NCBI RefSeq assembly: GCF_039541115.1
Contig: NZ_BAABFP010000008.1
Coordinates: 124,001 to 188,000 of the forward strand
From: Angustibacter luteus
GTDB taxonomy: Bacteria; Actinomycetota; Actinomycetes; Actinomycetales; Angustibacteraceae
Direction of reading: 5' to 3'
DNA length: 64,000 nucleotides
Both the position numbers and the translations under genes were made by a program. The first letter of the stretch is position 1. Each line of letters begins with the position of its first letter. The notes under the pieces are model-generated. The model saw only the letters and a program-made list of their open reading frames with translations. It did not search any database and had not been told where the DNA came from. Positions 58,122 through 64,000 of the stretch are shown here, piece by piece.

Positions 58122-59312
58122 TCAGGAAGAGCCCGCGGTGGCTTCTGGTGATACGTCCGGTGATACGTCCGGTGATGCGTGTGGTGCCACGTGGTGGATC
58201 GGCCCGGCGAGCTCGACGAGCCGACTGCCGCGACCGCCCCAGCGCAGCTGGACGATCTCCGCCGCGATCGAGATCGCCGTCTCCTCCGGGGTGCGGGCGC
58301 CGAGGTCCAGCCCGATCGGCGAGCTCAGCCGCGCCAGCGCGGCGGCACTCACCCCGGCCTCCTGCAGCCGCTTGACCCGGTCGTCGTGGGTCCGCCGCGA
58401 CCCCATCGCACCGACGTAGGCGACGTCCAGCTCGAGCGCGACCTCCAGCAGCGGCACGTCGAACTTCGGGTCGTGGGTGAGCACGGCGAGCACCGCGCGC
58501 TCGTCGACCCGCCCGGCGTCCGCCTCGGCTCGCAGGTACTGGTGCGGCCAGCGCACGACGACCTCGTCGGCCTCCGGGAACCGCGTCGCGGTAGCGAACA
58601 CGGGCCGGGCGTCGCAGACGGTCACGTGGTAGCCGAGGAACGAGCCCACCCGGGCCACCGCGGCGGCGAAGTCGATCGCCCCGAACACCAGCATCCGCGG
58701 CTTCGGCGCGTACGACGCGACGAACACCCGCATCCCCTCGCCGCGCCGCTCGCCGTCCGGACCGTACGTCAGCGTCTCGGTGCGGCCGGCGGCCAGCAGA
58801 CCGCGCGCGTCGTCCGCGACGGCGTCGGTGGCGCGCTCGGAGACCAGCCGGCCGACCGTCGGCTCGGAGTCGTCGTCGGGGTGCACGACGAGCCGGCTGC
58901 CGACCAGCGCCGGGTCCGGGTGCTCGATGACGGTGCACACCGCGACGGGGCGACCGGCCCGGACGTCGTCCGCGACCTGACCCAGCTCGGGAAAGGTCAG
59001 CGGGTCGACCCGCTGCACCAGGACGTCCAGGATGCCGCCGCAGGTCAGGCCGACCGCGAAGGCGTCGTCGTCGCTGACCCCGTAGCGCTGCAGGACCGGC
59101 ACGCCGTCGGCGATGACCTGCTGGCCGAGCTCGTAGACGGCGCCCTCGACGCAGCCGCCGCTCACGCTGCCGACGGCCTCGCCGTCCGGACCGACCAGCA
59201 TCGAGGCGCCAGCGGGGCGCGGCGCCGACTGCCAGGTCGCGACGACCGTGGCCATCGCGGACGGTTTGCCGTCCCGCCACCAGCCGAGCAGCTCGTCCAG
59301 GACCTCACGCAC
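58122..59312 (-). CDS. XdhC/CoxI-family molybdenum cofactor maturation factor
   Basis: SAPRPAGA, GSVSGGCVEG, VGLTCGG, THDPKFD, GAMGSRR and SPIGLDLGARTPEETA. Confidence 0.92.
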   Translation of the reverse strand: MREVLDELLGWWRDGKPSAMATVVATWQSAPRPAGASMLVGPDGEAVGSVSGGCVEGAVYELGQQVIADGVPVLQRYGVSDDDAFAVGLTCGGILDVLVQRVDPLTFPELGQVADDVRAGRPVAVCTVIEHPDPALVGSRLVVHPDDDSEPTVGRLVSERATDAVADDARGLLAAGRTETLTYGPDGERRGEGMRVFVASYAPKPRMLVFGAIDFAAAVARVGSFLGYHVTVCDARPVFATATRFPEADEVVVRWPHQYLRAEADAGRVDERAVLAVLTHDPKFDVPLLEVALELDVAYVGAMGSRRTHDDRVKRLQEAGVSAAALARLSSPIGLDLGARTPEETAISIAAEIVQLRWGGRGSRLVELAGPIHHVAPHASPDVSPDVSPEATAGSS

Positions 59313-60456
59313 CCGCGACCACCTCCATGAGCCGGGCGTACGACGCCACCGAGTGCCCCGCCACGAAGTCGTCAACGTACGGCAGCACCGCAGCCATCCC
59401 GCCCTGCACGGGTTGGTAGCCCTCCTTGCCGCGGTGCGGGTTCACCCAGACCAGCCGGTGAGCCAGCCGGTGCAGCTGGTGGACCTGCTCGCCGAGCTGC
59501 GCGGGGTCGCCGCGCTCCCAGCCGTCGGAGCAGATCACGACGACCGCCCCGCGCGCCACCCCCCGACGTCCCCAGCGCTCCACGAACGCGGCGAGCGTCT
59601 CGCCGAGCCGGGTGCCGCCGGACCAGTCCGGCACCTGCTCGCCGGCCGCCCGCAGCGCCCGCTCGACGTCGCGGTGGGCGAACGACGGCGTGACCCGGGT
59701 CAGCCGGGTGCCGACCGTGAACACCTCGACGCGCGAGCGCCCCTGCCCAACTCCGGCCCGGACCTGGGCGTGCGCGAGCCGCAGCAGCACGTCGGCGTAG
59801 GGCGCCATCGAGCCGGACACGTCGACGAGCCAGACCACCCGGCGCGGACGGCGCCCGGCGCGCCGATAGCGCAGCGGGCCGGGCTCGCCGCCACGGCGCA
59901 GCTCCTCGCGCAGGGTGCGGCGGACGTCGAGCTCGCCGCGGGCTGAGGACCGCCGCCGGGCGGAGCGCCGGCTCGGCATCTGGACGTCGAGCTCGGCGAG
60001 GAGCCGGCGCATCTGGGCGCGGCCGCCCTCGTCGAGGTCGGCGACGTCGCGGTGCCGCAGCACCTCGGTGGCGCTGGCCGCGGCGCGCACCGGGTCGTCG
60101 TCCAGGTCCTCGGGGTCGCCGGAGCGACCCGAGTCGCTCTCCAGCGACGCCATGGTGGACGGCGGCAGCGGGGTCGGCGCGTCGGCGCCGCGGGGGCGAG
60201 GGCGACGTCCGCCGAACCAGTCGTCGAAGGCCAGGTCGTACAGCCGCAGATGGTCCGGGTCACCGCACAAGGTGGCCCGCCCGGCCCAGTAGACGCCCGC
60301 CCGGTCCGCCGCGCCGACCTCGGCGGCCGCGGTCAGGAACGCCGTCGTCCGGTCCGGGGTGACCGGGACGCCGGCCGCGCGCAGCGTGCGGGCGAACCCC
60401 GCCAGCACGGTCGCGACATCAGGCGTGGCGACGTCGGGCACCGCGACGTCAGGCAT
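59305..60456 (-). CDS. coxE: CoxE-like VWA domain protein
   Basis: DVSGSM, WSGGTRLG, SDGWERG and WVNP. Confidence 0.9.
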   Translation of the reverse strand: MPDVAVPDVATPDVATVLAGFARTLRAAGVPVTPDRTTAFLTAAAEVGAADRAGVYWAGRATLCGDPDHLRLYDLAFDDWFGGRRPRPRGADAPTPLPPSTMASLESDSGRSGDPEDLDDDPVRAAASATEVLRHRDVADLDEGGRAQMRRLLAELDVQMPSRRSARRRSSARGELDVRRTLREELRRGGEPGPLRYRRAGRRPRRVVWLVDVSGSMAPYADVLLRLAHAQVRAGVGQGRSRVEVFTVGTRLTRVTPSFAHRDVERALRAAGEQVPDWSGGTRLGETLAAFVERWGRRGVARGAVVVICSDGWERGDPAQLGEQVHQLHRLAHRLVWVNPHRGKEGYQPVQGGMAAVLPYVDDFVAGHSVASYARLMEVVAGA

Positions 60457-60457
60457 G

Positions 60458-61348
60458 TCAGCCGGCAAGCAGCCGGGCCAGGTCCTGGCGGACCCGGTCG
60501 GCGTCCTCGCGGTACTTCAGCACGGCGCCCAGGGTGGTGGCGGCGACCTCGGTGTCCAGCTCCTGCGCGCCGAGCTCGACGAGGCAGCGCGCCCAGTCCA
60601 GCGACTCGGCGACGCCGGGCGGCTTCAGCAGCCCGATGGTGCGCAGCCGCTGGGCGGCCGCGGCGACCTGCTCGGCGAGGCGCTGCGGCACCTGCGGCAC
60701 GCGGGACCGGACGATCTCGATCTCGCGGACCAGTCCGGGGTGCTCGACCCAGTGGTAGAGGCAGCGCCGCTTGAGCGCGTCGTGCACCTCGCGGGTCCGG
60801 TTGCTGGTGAGCACCACGATCGGTGGCTGGGCCGCGGTGACGGTGCCGAGCTCGGGGATGGTCACGGCGTACGTGGAGAGCACCTCGAGCAGGAACGCCT
60901 CGAACTCGTCGTCCGCGCGGTCGATCTCGTCGACCAGCAGCACGCTGGGGCTGGTGCGCAGCGCGGCCAGCACCGGCCGGGCCAGCAGGAACCGCTCGTC
61001 GAACAGCGAGCGCTCGGCGGCCTCGACGTCGATCCGCTGGTCACCACGGGTGGCTTCGAGCGCACGCAGGTGCAGGACCTGGCGGGTGACGTCCCAGTCG
61101 TACAGCGCCTGGCTGGCGTCGATGCCCTCGTAGCACTGGAGCCGGATCAGCGGGGCGCCGGTGACCTGGGCGAGGGCCTCGGCCAGGGCGGTCTTGCCGG
61201 TGCCGGGCTCGCCCTCGAGCAGCAGCGGGCGGTGCAGCCGCATGGCCAGCCAGGCGACCGTGGACAGGCCGGGGTCGGGCAGGTAGCCGGTGCCGCGCAG
61301 GCTCTCCCCCAGCACCTGCGCGCTCGACCAGGCCTCGTCGGCGCTCAT
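60458..61348 (-). CDS. coxD: CoxD-like MoxR AAA+ ATPase
   Basis: GEPGTGKT, LQCYEGID, DEIDRADDEFEA and HDALKRRC. Confidence 0.9.
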   Translation of the reverse strand: MSADEAWSSAQVLGESLRGTGYLPDPGLSTVAWLAMRLHRPLLLEGEPGTGKTALAEALAQVTGAPLIRLQCYEGIDASQALYDWDVTRQVLHLRALEATRGDQRIDVEAAERSLFDERFLLARPVLAALRTSPSVLLVDEIDRADDEFEAFLLEVLSTYAVTIPELGTVTAAQPPIVVLTSNRTREVHDALKRRCLYHWVEHPGLVREIEIVRSRVPQVPQRLAEQVAAAAQRLRTIGLLKPPGVAESLDWARCLVELGAQELDTEVAATTLGAVLKYREDADRVRQDLARLLAG

Positions 61349-61421
61349 GGCGACAGCATCGCACGCGGCACGCACCCGCACCTCGTGGATCATCGGCGCG
61401 CTGTCCGCGACAATGGCGCGC

Positions 61422-62051
61422 ATGGAGCTGCTCGGCGGATGGGTACGGCACGCGCGCCGGATGGCGCCCGGCATCGACCGGACGGACCTCGAGGCGGCCG
61501 GCCTGGAGCTGCTGGCCCGCTACGAGGAGCCGCACCGGGCCTACCACGACCAGCGGCACCTGTCAGAGGTGCTGGCCGCGGTGGCGCTGCTCGCCGAGCA
61601 CGCGCACGACCTGTCGGCCGTGGTGCTGGCGGCGTGGTGGCACGACGCGGTGTACGAGATCGGCGCGGACGACAACGAGGAGGCCAGCGCCCGGCTGGCC
61701 ACGGCGACGCTGGCCGGCTGGGAGTCCGACCCGGACCGCGTGCTGCACGTCGGCGACCTGGTCCGGATGACGGCCCACCACGCTCCCGAGCAGCACGACG
61801 CCGACGGGCAGGTGCTCAGTGACGCCGACCTCGCCGTCCTGGCCAGCCCGGAGCACCGCTACTCGGTGTACGCCGCCGACGTCCGCCGCGAGTACGCCGC
61901 CGTGCCGGACGTCGCGTTCCGCGCTGGCCGGGCCGCGCTGCTGCGCGGCCTGCTCGAGCGGCCGGCGATCTACCGGACGCCGTCGGCGCACGAGCGCTGG
62001 GAGGCGTCGGCGCGCGCGAACGTCGAGGCCGAGCTGCGCGACCTGGGGTGA
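61422..62051 (+). CDS. HD-superfamily metal-dependent phosphohydrolase (COG4339-like)
   Basis: YEEPHRAYH, WHDAVY, NEEASA and DADLAVL. Confidence 0.85.
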   Translation: MELLGGWVRHARRMAPGIDRTDLEAAGLELLARYEEPHRAYHDQRHLSEVLAAVALLAEHAHDLSAVVLAAWWHDAVYEIGADDNEEASARLATATLAGWESDPDRVLHVGDLVRMTAHHAPEQHDADGQVLSDADLAVLASPEHRYSVYAADVRREYAAVPDVAFRAGRAALLRGLLERPAIYRTPSAHERWEASARANVEAELRDLG

Positions 62052-62085
62052 GCGGCGGGCGGCTGGGGCGCCGGCGCCTGGTGCC

Positions 62086-62748
62086 TCAGCGGGGCCCGCG
62101 CAGCCGGTCCAGCAGCGGCAGCCAGTAGGTCAGCGCCGGCAGGTCCGCCAGCTCCTCGGCCGCCGCCCAGCGCAGGGGCTGCTGCTCCGCCAGGGCGGCG
62201 ATGAGCTCGGCGGGGCTGACCCCGCGCAGCGCGACGTGCAGCTTGCGGCTGGCGGGCTCGGGACCGAACCGTGCACGCAGGTGGCCGAGCGGCTGACCGC
62301 GCTGAGGGTCGGGGAGCGCGGGCAGTGCGTCGTCGGCCAGCGCGAACCGGCCCCCGGCCCGGGCCAGCAGGGCCACGCCGACCGTGGTGTCCGCCGGTGG
62401 CCCCAGCCGCGAGGCGATGACGTCGACCCGGTGCGGGCCGACGTCGGGCAGCAGGTGCCCGTCCGGCCAGGTGCGCAGGACGCGTTCGCCCTTGCGCTTG
62501 GGCACCCGCAGCCCACTGCGCTGCAGGCCGAGCAGCAGGTCGCGCCCGGCCACCGCGCGGGCGCCGGCCGCGACCAGGGCGTGGTACCGCTCCTGGGGCA
62601 CGTCGTAGTGGTCGCCCTCGAACGCCCGCCGCGGCACCCCGGCGGCGGCGGCGAACGCGTGCAGCTCCTCGTACGACACGTCGCTGACCAGGTGCGACCA
62701 GAGGCGGCCGTGCGCCGGCCACGCGGGAGGGTCGATGAGGACGGCCAC
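62086..62748 (-). CDS. DUF4031 domain protein with C-terminal extension
   Basis: VLIDPPAWPAHGRLWSHLVSD..ELHAFA..FEGDHYDV. Confidence 0.85.
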   Translation of the reverse strand: MAVLIDPPAWPAHGRLWSHLVSDVSYEELHAFAAAAGVPRRAFEGDHYDVPQERYHALVAAGARAVAGRDLLLGLQRSGLRVPKRKGERVLRTWPDGHLLPDVGPHRVDVIASRLGPPADTTVGVALLARAGGRFALADDALPALPDPQRGQPLGHLRARFGPEPASRKLHVALRGVSPAELIAALAEQQPLRWAAAEELADLPALTYWLPLLDRLRGPR

Positions 62749-62855
62749 CAGCGCAGCGTAGGTGAGCCCGAGCCTGTGGATGACCGCAGCGCGGTCGTCG
62801 CGACCTCCCCTAGCGTCGGAGGGACACACCCAGCAGGACGACGAGAGGGGCCTTC

Positions 62856-63146
62856 ATGAGCAGCCAGTTCCAGGTCGACACCGACCGGATCAGCGGCGCG
62901 AGCGGCACCGTGCAGCGGATCGGCGCGGACATCGACAGCGCCGTCAGCCGGATGACCAGCGAGCTCACCGCGCTGCAGGACGCCTGGCGCGGCGAGGCGT
63001 CCGGCCGCTTCCACGCGGTCGCGGTCGAGTGGCGGGGGACGCAGGTGCGGGTGCGCGAGGCGTTGGACCACATCGGCCAGCTGCTCGCCCAGGCGGGGCA
63101 GCAGTACGCCGCCGCGGAGCAGCAGAACGCCGCGATGTTCCGCTGA
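62856..63146 (+). CDS. WXG100 (ESAT-6-like) family protein
   Basis: 96 aa, helical, central W-R-G motif, C-terminal Y..AE. Confidence 0.9.
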   Translation: MSSQFQVDTDRISGASGTVQRIGADIDSAVSRMTSELTALQDAWRGEASGRFHAVAVEWRGTQVRVREALDHIGQLLAQAGQQYAAAEQQNAAMFR

Positions 63147-63239
63147 GCCGGACTCACTGTCGGGGTCCGTTCACGCCAGGGTCGGCGTGGCGACACCTAT
63201 CGGCGGCGCGAACCGGGTAGAAAGGTGGTGGCACCACGC

Positions 63240-63565
63240 GAACGAGGCCCCTCCAAGTATGAGTTGGAGGGGCCTCGCGTGTGCGTCGCCATGATCACCT
63301 GGCCGGCGAACCGACCCTGCCATCACCCGGGATGACGCCCGCCGCGTCCGGCCTATCCGACAGCCGAGGCCACCGGGACTCCGAACGACGTGCCACGCTC
63401 GACCAGGCCCGTGCGCTCCCGACGTCTCGTCATCGACGTCGCCCGCTCGGCAAGCCGCTCGGGGGTGGAGCACCGGTCTCCTGACCGCCCACCTCAGTCT
63501 GCTGTCGGCGCCTTCCGCTCGGGTTGCCCCGGTCTTCCGGCCCCGCATGCGTTCTGCGGTGTGGG
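63240..63565 (-). ncRNA. Putative ~325-nt structured non-coding RNA
   Basis: No convincing CDS. Upstream TTGCGC-N18-TAGAAAT promoter-like element. Minus-strand GCAA- and UUCG-capped hairpins. Ends in a strong terminator. Confidence 0.5.
63243..63277. terminator. Perfect 14-bp stem hairpin, probably a bidirectional terminator
   Basis: CGAGGCCCCTCCAA-gtatgag-TTGGAGGGGCCTCG. Confidence 0.8.
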
Positions 63566-63649
63566 AGATTTCTATCCTCCGATCCGACTGCCGCGCAAGG
63601 GTTTTGGCGAGATCTCGTCGGAAGAATTTTGGCCGGGTCGCCGCCGGCT

Positions 63650-63832
63650 TGTGGATCATCCTGTGGACCAGGTGTGGATCACATGTGGACGACGAACCGG
63701 CCGTGGGACGGGAGTGGCGTCCCCCAGCGCGCCGCCGTCCCCTGCCGTCATCAACAGGCTGTGGACGCGCTGGGGACGACCGCTGTGGACAATCGCGGGG
63801 AACACCGAACCCCCTGTCCACCATGTGGACAG
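63650..63832. repeat. Cluster of ~8 DnaA-box-like motifs (TGTGGAYNN)
   Basis: Copies at 63650, 63662, 63673, 63684, 63760, 63784 (perfect TGTGGACAA), 63814 (inverted) and 63824. Confidence 0.6.
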
Positions 63833-63841
63833 GGGGTTCGG
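63805..63841 (-). terminator. groEL2 terminator hairpin (17-bp perfect stem)
   Basis: CCGAACCCCCTGTCCAC-cat-GTGGACAGGGGGTTCGG lies 35 nt after the groEL stop. Confidence 0.8.
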
Positions 63842-63875
63842 GTCGTTCAGACGCTGTGAGCCAGCGCGGCGGGAC

Positions 63876-64000
63876 TCAGAAGTCCATGCCGCCCATGCCA
63901 CCGTCGCCACCGGGCATGGCCGGAGCGGCCTTCTCCGGCTTGTCGGCGATGACGGCCTCGGTCGTCAGGAACAGCGCGGCGATCGACGCGGCGTTCTGCA
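63876..64000 (-). CDS. groEL2: Chaperonin GroEL2, C-terminal end (5' part outside the window)
   Basis: [40 protein letters not shown]. The GGM tail marks the GroEL2 type rather than His-tailed GroEL1. Confidence 0.95.
   Translation of the reverse strand, partial: QNAASIAALFLTTEAVIADKPEKAAPAMPGGDGGMGGMDF

Noticed and set aside
63158..63524. TGTCGG hexamers at ~63158 and ~63503 as PafBC promoters
   Set aside because: There is no -10-like hexamer at the N10 spacing and no downstream start.
63650..63841. oriC or CRISPR interpretation of the TGTGGA repeats
   Set aside because: There is no dnaA/dnaN or AT-rich unwinding element. The repeats are 9 bp, with no spacer structure and no cas genes.
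63171..63910. ORFs in the groEL2-WXG100 gap (217, 67, 111 and 84 aa)
   Set aside because: They have no GC3 codon bias or recognisable motifs, and they cross terminator hairpins and box arrays.

Overview
High-GC actinobacterial chromosomal segment, probably from a Kineosporiales/Micrococcales-like genome. That placement is inferred from gene content and codon style only. The backbone resembles the conserved actinobacterial region around Mtb Rv0861c-Rv0880: XPB helicase with its helicase-associated/WYL partner, cspB, MFS, DUF3027, a sacsin-like ATPase, DUF2530, an NCS2 permease and MarR-MFS. Further right are an OmpR-type two-component system with an HtrA protease, a HelD-like helicase, a form II cox/xanthine-dehydrogenase-family cluster, an orphan WXG100 gene and the 3' end of groEL2. 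Accessory content includes three tandem ~1000-aa secreted paralogues (propeller-like, FlgD-Ig, FN3-like and CPxCG C-terminal domains), a multi-TM patatin/cPLA2-like lipase, a frameshifted DUF222/HNH element and a HAD-LarE fusion. The most notable non-coding signals are four. (1) A ~325-nt structured RNA candidate downstream of groEL2, preceded by a DnaA-box-like array. (2) Two paralogous ArsR-MFS modules whose 14-bp-period operator triplets differ in the central dinucleotide. (3) PafBC-type (TGTCRG-N10-[-10]) leaderless promoters. (4) 11-bp-period direct repeats before the response regulator and htrA. No tRNA, rRNA, CRISPR array or classical IS transposase was seen. All calls come from reading the sequence; no database search was run.
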